Shown here piece by piece: positions 29,634-41,383 of a DNA stretch of 64,000 bases. Numbering within the stretch: the first letter of the stretch is position 1; every line of letters starts with the position of its first letter. The notes below the pieces were generated by a model. That model did not search any database. It saw only the letters and a list, made by a program, of their open reading frames with translations, and was not told the origin of the DNA. The position numbers were made by a program, and so were the translations under genes. This stretch comes from an uncultured Ignavibacteria bacterium (GTDB lineage Bacteria > Bacteroidota > Ignavibacteria > Ignavibacteriales > Ignavibacteriaceae), in NCBI GenBank assembly GCA_963721075.1, contig CAVRHV010000008.1:8057-72056 (forward strand). The letters are read 5' to 3'.

Positions 29634-30977
29634 ATGGATGCAGTTCTGCTTGCGCGTCTGCAATTTGCACTTACAGTGGGGTTTCACTTCTTCTTTCCGC
29701 CGATTACTATAGGTTTATCGTGGCTGCTGGTTATAGTTGAAACTATCGGCTGGAAAAGAAAGAACGAGATTTATCAGCAAATAGGGAAATTTTTTGCCAA
29801 ACTGCTTGCCATTACGTTTGCTGTCGGTGTAGCGACAGGTATCGTAATGGAATTTCAGTTCGGCACTAACTGGTCAGAGTATTCAAAATTCGTAGGTGAT
29901 ATATTCGGTGCTCCCCTGGCGGCGGAAGGCGTTTTTGCTTTCTTCCTGGAATCAGGATTTTTAGGACTATACCTTTTTGGAAGAGAGAGAGTATCAAAAG
30001 GAGTCCATTGGTTTTCTGCCCTGATGGTTGCGGTTGGTTCAACGATATCGGCATTCTGGATTATCGTTGCAAACAGCTGGCAGCAGACTCCGGCAGGATT
30101 TATTGTACAGAACGGCAGAGCCGAACTCACCAGCTTCGCCGATGCAGTTTTTAATGCTTCTACTCTCATAAGATTTTTTCACACTTTCGATGCTGCTTTA
30201 ATTGCCGGTGCTTTTTTTATGGCGGGTATCTCTGCCTGGTATCTTCTTAAGAAGAGAAATACCGAAATATTCAGATCATCTCTTAAAACCGCTGTCATCT
30301 TCGGATTGGTAGTCTCATTGCTTGAACTTTTCCCGTTCGGACACGAGCACGCAAAACAGGTGGCTCATACCCAGCCCGAAAAATTTGCCGCAATCGAAGG
30401 TCTTTACACCTCTGCGGAAGGAGCTCCCCTGGTAATGTTTGCTGTTCCTACTACACCTCCTCCCCAGCTTCACGGAACAATCGAGATTCCCGGAATGCTC
30501 AGCTGGATGGCCTTCGGAGATGTTAATGCAAAGATCCCGGGCATAAATGAATTTCCAAAAGAAAATCTTCCGCCGCTCTGGTTAACTTTCGTATCATTCC
30601 ACAACATGGTTGTACTGGGAATCCTGTTCATCCTGATCATGCTCTGGGCCGTATGGTCGCTTTACAGGAAGACGATCTGGGAAAACAAAAAGCTGCTTAA
30701 AGTTTTACTCTGGGCTATACCTTTTCCGCTGTTTGCCTGTCAGCTCGGCTGGATTACAGCTGAGGTTGGCCGACAGCCGTGGATAGTTTATAAACTTTTA
30801 AGAACAAGTGAGGCTGCTTCCATAACTGTCCCGGCCGGTAATATTCTCTTTTCAATAATAATGTTCGGATTGATATACATCGTACTCGGAATTTTATATG
30901 TCTATCTGATTGTAAGGGAAGTTAAACATGGACCTGCCCTTCTTAATACCAAAGGAGAAAAGGAGGTGGCCGCGTAA
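29634..30977 (+). CDS. cydA: cytochrome bd-type quinol oxidase subunit I
   Basis: '[23 protein letters not shown]', '[16 protein letters not shown]' and 'EVGRQPW' are CydA signatures. Confidence 0.95.
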   Translation: MDAVLLARLQFALTVGFHFFFPPITIGLSWLLVIVETIGWKRKNEIYQQIGKFFAKLLAITFAVGVATGIVMEFQFGTNWSEYSKFVGDIFGAPLAAEGVFAFFLESGFLGLYLFGRERVSKGVHWFSALMVAVGSTISAFWIIVANSWQQTPAGFIVQNGRAELTSFADAVFNASTLIRFFHTFDAALIAGAFFMAGISAWYLLKKRNTEIFRSSLKTAVIFGLVVSLLELFPFGHEHAKQVAHTQPEKFAAIEGLYTSAEGAPLVMFAVPTTPPPQLHGTIEIPGMLSWMAFGDVNAKIPGINEFPKENLPPLWLTFVSFHNMVVLGILFILIMLWAVWSLYRKTIWENKKLLKVLLWAIPFPLFACQLGWITAEVGRQPWIVYKLLRTSEAASITVPAGNILFSIIMFGLIYIVLGILYVYLIVREVKHGPALLNTKGEKEVAA

Positions 30978-31994
30978 TGGACTTAAATACAATATGGTTT
31001 CTTCTTGTTGCAGTTTTGTTGGTCGGCTATGCAATCCTTGACGGATTCGATCTTGGCGTGGGAGTTCTTCATCTTTTCACCAAAAGTGAAGAAGAGAAAA
31101 GAATAAATATTAATGCAATTGGTCCCGTATGGGATGGTAACGAAGTCTGGCTTCTGACCGGCGGCGGTGCCTTGTTTGCTGCCTTCCCGGTAGTTTATGC
31201 CACTGTATTCAGCGGATTTTATCTCGCTTTAATGCTTCTGCTTTTTGCGTTGATCTTCCGCGCTGTTTCTTTTGAGTTCAGAGGTAAGGTTGAAAGTGAA
31301 AGATGGAAAAGAACATGGGATACGGCTTTCGGATCTGGGCAGTTTGCTTCCTGCGGTATTATTCGGTGTAGCGGTAGGAAATATTTTGAGAGGTATTCCT
31401 ATTGATGCAAACGGAATGTTTACCGGTACCTTCTTTACGCTGCTTAATCCTTATTCCATTCTTGTGGGTGTTCTCAGTCTTGTTCTCTTTACGATGCATG
31501 GCTCCATCTATATGACAATGAAGACTTCAGATAAGCATCTGGAAAAAATGAAAAACATTGCACCCCGTTTATGGATAGCATTCGTGTCATTATACGTGCT
31601 CACAACAATATATTCATTTTTTGAAGCAGGATATCTTTTTGAATCAGTATTGAGCAGTCCTTTGTTCTGGATCCTGTTTATTGTAATGCTCGCCGCTGTT
31701 ATTTATATCCCTGTTGCTCTCAAATCGGAAAAGTTCGGGCGCGCATTCTTTGCTTCATCATTAACGATCGCCTGTATGATGGGACTGATGGCAGTCAGTC
31801 TTTTCCCGAGACTTGTGCCCTCACTTACTGACCTGGCAAACAGTCTCACTATTTACAATGCTTCATCAACCGAGAGAACATTGTTTACAATGCTTATTAT
31901 AGCTCTTATAGGAATGCCCTTTGTAATCGGATATACAATATTTATATACAGGGTATTCAAAGGTAAAGTTCAGCTGGGAGAGCATAGCTACTAA
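30977..31994 (+). pseudogene. cydB: cytochrome bd-type quinol oxidase subunit II, one extra base near 31340 as assembled
   Basis: '[12 protein letters not shown]...WDGNEVWLL' is in the first frame. '...TAFGSG' then continues as '[20 protein letters not shown]' in ORF 31272-31994. The start overlaps the cydA stop. Confidence 0.9.
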
Positions 31995-32034
31995 AAGGAA
32001 CTTGATAATTTTATAATAGAATAAAGAGAGAAAG

Positions 32035-33556
<1,522 letters not shown>

Positions 33557-33561
33557 AACAG

Positions 33562-33588
33562 AAGGGTACCTTACAGGTGCCCTTTTTT
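33562..33588. terminator. hairpin plus T-tract between convergent nfnB remnant and NUDIX gene
   Basis: AAGGGTACC / GGTGCCCTT (one G-U position), followed by T6. Confidence 0.55.
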
Positions 33589-34246
33589 ATTTTAGCCTGT
33601 TAACAATCTCTCTGACTAACGCCGCCGTTAATCCCCAAAGCACTCCTTCTTTAAGTTTATAAACATATATCTTTCTTTTTCCCGCCCGCCAGGGGCGATT
33701 GTATTTGTCGGGTAGTTCCAGTTCCTGTGAGGGTAGCAGCTGAACAACATTACCTTTTTCATCTGTATAGTGTGGATGAACAACAAGCTGAACAAAATAT
33801 TCCTCAGGAGGATTATTCTGAAACCATGAAACGGGCACAAGAAATACGCTCTCAACTTCCGATTCATCGAAATCCAGTTCATCGATACTATTTATATCCA
33901 GAATCCCTATACAGGAATCTACTGTCACCCCCATCGGTCCTATTAAAGTATCCAGTATTCCAAGCACCTTTATTTTTTCAATTGCAATTCCAAGTTCTTC
34001 AACTGTTTCCCTTACTGCTGTTTCGGTAAAATTCTTATCAAGTTTCGGATCATACTCACCACCGGGGAAACATATCTCACCCCCCTGACGGATATTGGCT
34101 GCACGCTTCTCGAACAGCAAGTGATATTCTCCCTCAATTAACACAAATGGGATAATTACTGCAGAATTAAAAAATTCATCTTTTCGGAGAATGCCGGGAA
34201 CTTCCGGCAAATTCTCAATCAGTTTATTCAGATCTTTCTGGTTCAT
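33587..34246 (-). CDS. NUDIX hydrolase (CoA-pyrophosphatase-like)
   Basis: Nudix box region 'FPGGEYDPKLDKNFTETAVRETVEELGI'. Confidence 0.85.
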   Translation of the reverse strand: MNQKDLNKLIENLPEVPGILRKDEFFNSAVIIPFVLIEGEYHLLFEKRAANIRQGGEICFPGGEYDPKLDKNFTETAVRETVEELGIAIEKIKVLGILDTLIGPMGVTVDSCIGILDINSIDELDFDESEVESVFLVPVSWFQNNPPEEYFVQLVVHPHYTDEKGNVVQLLPSQELELPDKYNRPWRAGKRKIYVYKLKEGVLWGLTAALVREIVNRLK

Positions 34247-34378
34247 TTTTGGCTCGATATTGATACACTAATTTAAGAAAATATCCATAACCGATTTGCT
34301 GCGAATTTCTCTTTCGTCTGATGACAGGAATCCAACGATCAATTTGTTCCATCGATTTATTATCTTTACTTAAAAGAA

Positions 34379-35071
34379 ATGACACAAAAGGCAGCCGGAA
34401 AAAATATGCTCAGGGAAATACCCATGTTTTCTGAATTATCTGAAGCCCAATTAAAGGAGATAACTTCAGAAAGTACCCGCGTTGCCTTTAATAAACATCA
34501 GATGCTCTTTATGGAGGGTGAACAGTACAGGGGCTTTTATATTCTGATTGAAGGCAGTATAAAGGTATTTAAGGTTTCTAAAGACGGAAGGGAGACGATT
34601 ATCCACCTTGTGAGACCTATGCAGGCCTTTGCGGACATTCCGCTTTTTGAAGGTACGGCCTATCCTGTTTCAGCTGAGGCACTTGAGGATTCGGAGCTGC
34701 TTTTTTTCAACGCTTCAAGGTTTATCGGTCTCCTCGAACGAAACCCGAAGATAAGCTTCCAGATGCTGGCAGGCTTTGCTAAAAGGATGAAGTCGCTCAC
34801 GCAGAAGATTGAAGAACTTTCTTCAAAAGAAGTTACTTCACGACTGGCGAAGTACCTGATCCAGGAAGTTAAAGCAGGCGGAACAGCGAAGCTTCCTGAA
34901 CCATTTATTAAACTCACTGTTTCCCGGAATACTATAGCCGGTTACCTCGGTACAATCACCGAAACCCTCAGCAGATCGCTTAAAAAACTTCAGGACGATG
35001 AGATCATAAGGGTGCAGGGTAAAAAAATCTTCATCAGGGACCTTAAAAAACTAAAAGAAATTTCCTCTTAA
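34379..35071 (+). CDS. Crp/Fnr-family transcriptional regulator
   Basis: cNMP-binding beta-roll ('FMEGEQYRGFYILIEGSIKV...DGRE') and C-terminal HTH 'SRNTIAGYLGTITETLSRSLKKL'. Confidence 0.9.
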   Translation: MTQKAAGKNMLREIPMFSELSEAQLKEITSESTRVAFNKHQMLFMEGEQYRGFYILIEGSIKVFKVSKDGRETIIHLVRPMQAFADIPLFEGTAYPVSAEALEDSELLFFNASRFIGLLERNPKISFQMLAGFAKRMKSLTQKIEELSSKEVTSRLAKYLIQEVKAGGTAKLPEPFIKLTVSRNTIAGYLGTITETLSRSLKKLQDDEIIRVQGKKIFIRDLKKLKEISS

Positions 35072-35099
35072 ACTTTCCTTAATATAAATCGAAGCAAAT

Positions 35100-35113
35100 C
35101 TGACTTAAGTCAA
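35100..35113 (+). promoter_or_regulatory. FNR/Dnr-type box with a correctly spaced -10 element
   Basis: CTGAC-TTAA-GTCAA, 9/10 to TTGAC-N4-GTCAA. The core TGACTTAAGTCA is a perfect 12-bp palindrome. TAAATT at 35136-35141 starts 29.5 bp from the box centre, which is class II (-41.5) geometry. Confidence 0.6.
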
Positions 35114-35177
35114 GGAATTCCTTGCCTGTCTCCTCTAAATTATCTCCCGTAGTTTAAGAATTTTATCCGGAGGATAT

Positions 35178-35414
35178 ATGAACAATAATGTAAAGACACT
35201 CGATGTAAGACCAATCATACCCCGGGAAAAACACCCTTCTATATTTTCAACTTTTGATTCATTGTCAAAAGGTGAAACTCTTCACCTGATCAATGATCAT
35301 GATCCTAAACCCTTGTTTTATGAAATGTCGGCTGAGAGGAGCGGACAGTTTTCTTGGGAGTATATAGAGTCGGGTCCGGAAGTCTGGAAAGTAAACATCA
35401 AAAAAGTGGTTTAG
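35178..35414 (+). CDS. DUF2249-like small protein
   Basis: 'LDVRPIIPREKHPSIFSTFDSLSKGETLHLINDHDPKPL...WEYIESGPEVWKVNIKK' fits the DUF2249 pattern as I recall it. This family is commonly adjacent to NO-response genes. Confidence 0.7.
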   Translation: MNNNVKTLDVRPIIPREKHPSIFSTFDSLSKGETLHLINDHDPKPLFYEMSAERSGQFSWEYIESGPEVWKVNIKKVV

Positions 35415-35423
35415 TTAGCAGCC

Positions 35424-35879
35424 ATGTTTACTACAGTCAGATATTTCATTAAGACCAGCATAGTTTTTCTGATTACCGGAATTCTGACGGGGGTGTATAT
35501 GTCGCTTGCACAGAATGTCTTTCACGCCGGATACGGTATTGAACTGAAGTCCGCACATACGCATATCATTCTTGTCGGTTCAGTTATGATGATGATCATG
35601 GGCGTGGCTCTCTGGTTTTTTCCCAAAGCTCAAAAAGAAGATCAAAAATATGACCCTGATAAGATATTAATATCCTATTGGTTAATGACAGCTTCAACCG
35701 CACTTCGTTTTATCTTTCAGGTTATTGCGGCTTTCATATTTATGGAATGGACCGGCTGGATGATAACGATATTCTCCTTATTCCAGGTAGCTGCCATCAT
35801 TTATTTCTTTTATGCGATCTGGGGAAGGATCAGACCGGTAGGAAGCCATATCAGAGAGGCGAAAGGAGAGAAATTCTAA
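35424..35879 (+). CDS. small 4-TM membrane protein of unknown function
   Basis: Four hydrophobic segments. 'AHTHIILVGSVMMMIMGVALWFFPK' is reminiscent of a heme-copper-oxidase subunit I helix pair. Confidence 0.55.
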   Translation: MFTTVRYFIKTSIVFLITGILTGVYMSLAQNVFHAGYGIELKSAHTHIILVGSVMMMIMGVALWFFPKAQKEDQKYDPDKILISYWLMTASTALRFIFQVIAAFIFMEWTGWMITIFSLFQVAAIIYFFYAIWGRIRPVGSHIREAKGEKF

Positions 35880-36013
35880 ACTAAAATAAACTCATGCGAG
35901 ATAAATCACCCGGTACAGTAGGAAATATGTTTTATTTTATTGCCGGCTCCCGGGAAAGTGAAAAAGAATTGTTTGAGAAAAAATCCTTTAATGAAAAATA
36001 AACAGGTAATCTT

Positions 36014-38293
36014 ATGAATTATAAAAAACTATGGATTGGATTGGGTCTGGTTATAGTGCTTTCTTTCGTTGTACTGGGTTACTTCGGAACTGAGATATAC
36101 CGGAAAGCTCCCCCAATTCCCGAGAAAGTTGTTACATCAAATGGCGAGGTTGTTTTTACAAAAGATGATATACAGAACGGACAGAATGTGTGGCAGTCGA
36201 TGGGAGGACAGGAGATGGGTACCGTATGGGGACATGGTGCTTATATTGCTCCCGACTGGACAGCTGACTGGATCCATCGCGAGGCTATATGGATACTTAA
36301 ATGACAGGGCAGAGAAAAAATATGGGACAAAAATATGATGATCTTGAACCCCGCTTATCAGGCTGAACTAAAAGAAAGTCTTAAAGATGAGTTAAGAAAA
36401 AATACTTACGATGCTTCATCGGGTACGATTACAATTTCTTCCGAAAGAGCAGAAGCTGTTGAGAATGTCGGTAAACATTTTACCTCACTTTTCTCAAACG
36501 ATCCTAAACTTGACCACCTCAGAGAGGTTTATGCTATTCCGAAAAATGCTGTAAAGGATCCGCAGCGTCTCGCAGAACTGAATGCATTCTTCTGGTGGGC
36601 CTCGTGGGCCTGTATTACTAACCGTCCCGGTTCTGATGTTACCTATACCAGCAACTGGCCCGCTGAGGAACTGGTTGGCAATAAACCTGCAGGGATGGTG
36701 GTAGTATGGTCAGTAATAAGTTTTGTTTTATTACTTGCGGGTATCGGGGCACTGGCATGGTACTACGCCGCTTCAAGAAGAAAACAGGAAGAGGAACACC
36801 ACGAAGCTCCTGAATGGGATCCGCTTCTTGCACTTCAGCCTACTCCTTCAATGAAAGCAACTCTTAAGTATTTCTGGATAGTGGGTGCGCTGGTGGTCGC
36901 ACAGGTTCTGTTCGGGGCAATTACGGCTCATTATGGAGTAGAAGGTGCAGGATTCTACGGCATCAAGATCTCCGAGATTATTCCTTATTCTCTTACCAGG
37001 ACCTGGCATCAGCAGCTCGGCATTTTCTGGATTGCCACAGCCTGGCTCGCAACAGGAATTTTTATAGCTCCTGCAGTTTCAGGTTATGAACCGAAATATC
37101 AGCGTGGTCTGGTAAACTTTCTTTTTGTCGCCCTGATAATAATAGTAGGCGGCTCGATGGTTGGAGAGTATCTCGGCGTTCATCAGATGCTGAGCTTTAA
37201 AACTAACTTCTGGTTCGGGCACCAGGGATATGAATATGTAGACCTTGGCAGATTCTGGCAGTCGTTTTTATTAGTAGGTTTGTTCCTGTGGCTGTTCATA
37301 ATGATCAGGGCTATGCGTCCCGCTCTTCAGAAGAAAGATGAGAATAAACACCTGCTGGGATTGTTCCTTATTTCAAGTGTGGCTATTGCTGTATTTTATG
37401 TTGCCGGGTTTATGTGGGGGCAGCATACGAACCTCGCTATTGCCGAATACTGGAGATGGTGGGTTGTTCATCTCTGGGTTGAAGGTTTCTTTGAAGTTTT
37501 CGCAACGGTTGCAATAGCATTCCTCTTCACAAGAATGGGTCTGCTTGGCGTACGATCCGCTACTACTGCAGTTCTTTTCTCAACCTCAATTTTCCTTTCG
37601 GGTGGAATTATCGGAACGTTCCATCATCTTTATTTTACAGGCACCCCGACATCGGTAATGGCCCTCGGCGCAACGTTCAGTGCCCTTGAAGTAGTGCCCC
37701 TCGTTCTGATAGGATTTGAAGCATACGAAAACCTTACGCTCAGCCGTGCCCGTAAATGGGTCGCTTCATATAAATGGCCTATCTATTTCTTCATAGCTGT
37801 GGCCTTCTGGAATCTTGTCGGAGCAGGATTATTCGGATTCCTTATAAATCCTCCTATAGCTCTTTATTATATGCAGGGACTGGAAACAACTCCTGTCCAT
37901 GGTCACGCCGCTCTCTTCGGAGTTTACGGAATGCTTGGACTCGGGTTCATGCTCTTCTGTCTCCGCGGACTCACCCAGCGTTATGTATGGAAGACTAAGA
38001 TTATCGGGCTTTCATTCTGGACGATTAACATCGGTCTCGCCCTTATGATCCTTATAAGTATTCTTCCCGTAGGCTTGATGCAGACCTGGGCAAGTGTTGA
38101 AAAAGGATACTGGTATGCACGTTCAGCCGAATTTAACCAATCGCCGATAGTTGATACACTCAGATGGTTACGGGTAATCGGCGATACGATCTTTGCTTTC
38201 GGTATTCTTGTTATGGGATATTTCGTAGTCGGTTTGAAGACCGGATGGTCAATCACCAAAGAAAGAGATATTGATGGCACAGGAATTTCCTGA
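36014..38293 (+). pseudogene. norZ: quinol-dependent nitric oxide reductase (qNOR, NorZ/NorB single-subunit type), interrupted at 36299-36352 as assembled
   Basis: N-terminus 'KKLWIGLGLVIVLSFVVLGYFGTEIYRKAPPIP...WGHGAYIAPDWTADWIHRE'. Core 'EYWRWWVVHLWVEGFFEVFAT', 'GTFHHLYF' and 'HGHAALFGVYG'. In-frame TGA at 36302-36304. Confidence 0.9.
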
Positions 38294-38321
38294 AGCGGCA
38301 AAGCAGAATTAACCAGAAATA

Positions 38322-39146
38322 TTACTTCATTGACAGCATCCTCAATTGCCTAAACAGATTGGGGATGCTTATACTTCTTACATTCCTCGCATTTAATATC
38401 TGCACAACTTCCTGATGAATTCTCCCGGAAGCTGCAATAGTACTCGTTCCTTTAACAGGATCATTTCCCTGCATATCGGTAATAACTCCACCGGCCCCCC
38501 TGATAACCGGAATCAGAGCCATTGTATCCCATACAGACATAACAGGATCTATCATAATATCGGCAAAGCCTGAGGCAACCAGGTAATAACCATAGCAGTC
38601 GCCCCATCCCCGCATTAGTTTTACCTTTGCGGCAAGCTTCTGTAACCCCTTTTCTGAATTCACACCAAACGATTTAAGATCAGTTATCAATAAAGCTGCT
38701 TCAGCTATATTTCCGCATTCCCGTACCTTTACCGGTTTGTCGTTTAAGATAGTAACAGTTCCGTCACCGATCATAAGCTCATTAAGTATCGGCAGATTTA
38801 TCGCTCCCAGTAATGGACTGCCGTTCCGGAGAAGGGCAATCAGTGTTCCGAAAAGGGGAGTGCCGCTGATAAAACTTTTGGTCCCGTCAATAGGATCCAG
38901 TACCCATTTATATTCGGCACCCGGATTTACTTCTCCGAATTCCTCGCCCAGCAGACCATGATCGGGAAATTCTTTGAGTATAGCCTCTCTGAGAAATTCT
39001 TCCGTCTTTTTATCTGCAATTGTTACCGGAGAATTATCTGCTTTAGTTTCAATCTCAACAGGTAGGCGGTAATAATTTTTTATTATTCCTGCTGATTCCC
39101 CGGCTAAAAATTTAATAAACGGTATTATTTCCTTAGTTGATATCAT
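38322..39146 (-). CDS. inositol monophosphatase / histidinol-phosphatase family protein
   Basis: 'GEE...', 'WVLDPIDGTKSF' and 'WGDCYGY' IMPase motifs. I prefer the start at 'MISTKEI' (39146) over the ORF-track start at 39278, which would add a 44-aa non-homologous extension. Confidence 0.8.
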   Translation of the reverse strand: MISTKEIIPFIKFLAGESAGIIKNYYRLPVEIETKADNSPVTIADKKTEEFLREAILKEFPDHGLLGEEFGEVNPGAEYKWVLDPIDGTKSFISGTPLFGTLIALLRNGSPLLGAINLPILNELMIGDGTVTILNDKPVKVRECGNIAEAALLITDLKSFGVNSEKGLQKLAAKVKLMRGWGDCYGYYLVASGFADIMIDPVMSVWDTMALIPVIRGAGGVITDMQGNDPVKGTSTIAASGRIHQEVVQILNARNVRSISIPNLFRQLRMLSMK

Positions 39147-39300
39147 AAGATTATTTATTTTTTTCGTTAAAATATAAAACAGAGTTTTAACCTGAAAATC
39201 AGAGAAAGGCTTATAGATCATCAGAAATCCGCAGAAGCAGGTATTTAATTGTAAAATATTTATAAGGAGCCTTGACATAAAAGGTTAAATAGACTAAGTT

Positions 39301-39320
39301 CTGGTTAAACGTTTAACCAG
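39301..39320. promoter_or_regulatory. LacI-family operator (perfect 20-bp palindrome)
   Basis: CTGGTTAAAC|GTTTAACCAG has the central CG and the TGnnnAAnCGnTTnnnCA shape typical of LacI/GalR operators. It lies 7 nt upstream of the LacI-family gene. Confidence 0.7.
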
Positions 39321-39326
39321 GTATAA

Positions 39327-40349
39327 ATGAAGCCCACCATAAAAGACATAGCCGAAAAGGCAGGTGTTTCTATAGCCACCGTTTCGTATGTAATTAATAA
39401 TACCAAAAGTATTTCGCCCGAAACAAAAGAGAGAGTTAAAAAGACTATTAAATCACTTCGGTACCAGCCTTCAAAGTCGGCCAGGAGTCTCGCTACCGGT
39501 AAGACAGGTAATATAGGTTTCATTTTAACTGATGACCATTTTCTTAGAAGCGAACCTTTCTACACAAAAATATTTCTAGGGACAGAATTTGAGGCAAGGC
39601 AGGAAGGCTATTATATACTACTTACTTCAGTGAAAAAAAATTTTGATAAAAAAGATATTCTACCACGCTTTGTTAAAAATAAAAGTGTTGACGGAATCAT
39701 AATTGCCGGAAAAATCCCTCATATACTTATTGACAGGTTAGCTTCTTATAAGATCCCCACAGTTTTCGTAGATTATATTCCTGCACATAATGGTTACCCT
39801 CTTGTTCTAATCGATAATATCGACGGCGGATTACAGGCGACTAATCACCTGATTCAACTGGGACATAAAAATATAGCCTTTGTTTCAAGTGATGTTGAAC
39901 ATCCAAGCTTTTCCGACAGGTTAAATGGTTACAAGCAAGCCCTTGAACAGGCTGGTCTGCCTGTTAAATCAAACCTAATCTTTACCAGGTCAGCTTATGA
40001 GGGCAGGCATGCAGGCATTGACCTTGCCGCACGATTGTTTACTAAGAATAAAGATGTTACTGCCGTATTTGCGGGTAATGATACTCTAGCTATAGGAGTT
40101 ATGCATTACCTTAGAACAAACGGTTACAGGATCCCCGATGATGTTTCAGTAATAGGATTCGATGGTATAGAAGCAGATCTTTTACTTGACCCTCCTCTTT
40201 CCACTATCAGTGTTCCCAAAGTAGAGCTGGGGGTGGAAGCACTAAAATTATTGGCAAACTCTTTAAAGAATAAAAAAACTTTACCAAAAAAAATTGTAGT
40301 TCCTGTTGAATTAACCATCAGAAAATCTACTTCATTCTGTAAATCTTAA
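39327..40349 (+). CDS. LacI-family transcriptional regulator
   Basis: 'TIKDIAEKAGVSIATVSYVINN' HTH and a periplasmic-binding-protein-like effector domain. Confidence 0.92.
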   Translation: MKPTIKDIAEKAGVSIATVSYVINNTKSISPETKERVKKTIKSLRYQPSKSARSLATGKTGNIGFILTDDHFLRSEPFYTKIFLGTEFEARQEGYYILLTSVKKNFDKKDILPRFVKNKSVDGIIIAGKIPHILIDRLASYKIPTVFVDYIPAHNGYPLVLIDNIDGGLQATNHLIQLGHKNIAFVSSDVEHPSFSDRLNGYKQALEQAGLPVKSNLIFTRSAYEGRHAGIDLAARLFTKNKDVTAVFAGNDTLAIGVMHYLRTNGYRIPDDVSVIGFDGIEADLLLDPPLSTISVPKVELGVEALKLLANSLKNKKTLPKKIVVPVELTIRKSTSFCKS

Positions 40350-40358
40350 TGAGAAAAT

Positions 40359-41369
40359 ATGCTGGCGGCATTATTTACCGGCAATAAAAACATAATCGTA
40401 GAAGATTACCAACTCCCCTCTCTGCGGAAAGATGAGCTACTGATCAAAGTAGCCTGCTGCGGTGTATGCGGTACTGATAGACATATCTACGAAGGCAAAG
40501 CCCCATCAAGTATTCCTGTTATTCTTGGTCATGAATTCAGCGGGATAATTGCAGAAACGGGTAATAATGATTCTGAATTCAGCGTGGGCAGCCATGTAGC
40601 CGTTAATCCTAATATTCATTGCGGATACTGCGATTATTGTAAAATTGGAAAAATAAATTTTTGCGAAAATCATAAAGCACTTGGGGTCACATTAAATGGA
40701 GGATTTGCAGAATATGTAATTGTTCCGAAATCACAGGTTTATATGCTCCCCGGTGACTTTGATCTTTCGTTTGCTTCGTTCGCAGAACCTCTCTCGTGCT
40801 GTCTTAGGGGAATACAGCATGCGGATATCAAACCGGGAAATAAGGTTGTTGTTATCGGTGGGGGTACAATAGGATTAATAATGGTGCAGCTGGCCAAAAA
40901 TGCAGGTGCGGCTGACGTTACTCTTGTGGAACCAGATGCTTCCAAGCGGCTTACAGGGATAGAACTTGGTGCGGATTTCGCGTATGATCCTTTCGAGCCC
41001 GATCTTGATCTTAAAATAAAGGATAACCAGCCTTCCCGGATTGATGTAATTATTGAATGTGTAGGGAAGAGTGAAACGGTAGAGCATGCCGTACGACTTG
41101 CGGGAAAGGGCACAAAGATAGTAATATTCGGCCTTGCTCCTTCAGATCATGAAGTTACATTCAACCTGCAGTATTTATTCAGGAACGAGATCCTGATTTT
41201 TAACTCCTATCTGAATCCATTTACTTTTGCTCCGGCAGTTGATCTGCTGGCAGCAGGAAAAGTTAATGTCCGGAACCTTATTTCCGAGAGAATTACGTTA
41301 AACGAAATTCACAGCATTTTTCACAATAGTTCGAATAGCAGTATTAAACAACAAATAATATACAATTAA
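40359..41369 (+). CDS. zinc-dependent medium-chain alcohol/polyol dehydrogenase
   Basis: 'CGVCGTDRHIYEG', 'GHEFSGII', structural-Zn 'CGYCDYCKIGKINFC' and 'VVVIGGGTIGL'. Confidence 0.9.
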   Translation: MLAALFTGNKNIIVEDYQLPSLRKDELLIKVACCGVCGTDRHIYEGKAPSSIPVILGHEFSGIIAETGNNDSEFSVGSHVAVNPNIHCGYCDYCKIGKINFCENHKALGVTLNGGFAEYVIVPKSQVYMLPGDFDLSFASFAEPLSCCLRGIQHADIKPGNKVVVIGGGTIGLIMVQLAKNAGAADVTLVEPDASKRLTGIELGADFAYDPFEPDLDLKIKDNQPSRIDVIIECVGKSETVEHAVRLAGKGTKIVIFGLAPSDHEVTFNLQYLFRNEILIFNSYLNPFTFAPAVDLLAAGKVNVRNLISERITLNEIHSIFHNSSNSSIKQQIIYN

Positions 41370-41383
41370 CAACCGGAGGTTCT

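Noticed and set aside
36302-36304. In-frame TGA in qNOR as a selenocysteine, read-through or recoding site.
   Set aside because: The straight-through translation on both sides of the TGA does not match the conserved qNOR segment. A three-step frame repair does match it. I saw no obvious SECIS-like hairpin downstream.
39147-39278. 44-codon N-terminal extension of the IMPase-family ORF (ORF-track start at 39278).
   Set aside because: The extension ('MSRLLINILQLNTCFCGFLMIYKPF...') is hydrophobic, unlike the family's N-terminus, and runs into the divergent promoter region. Homology begins at 'MISTKEI' (39146).
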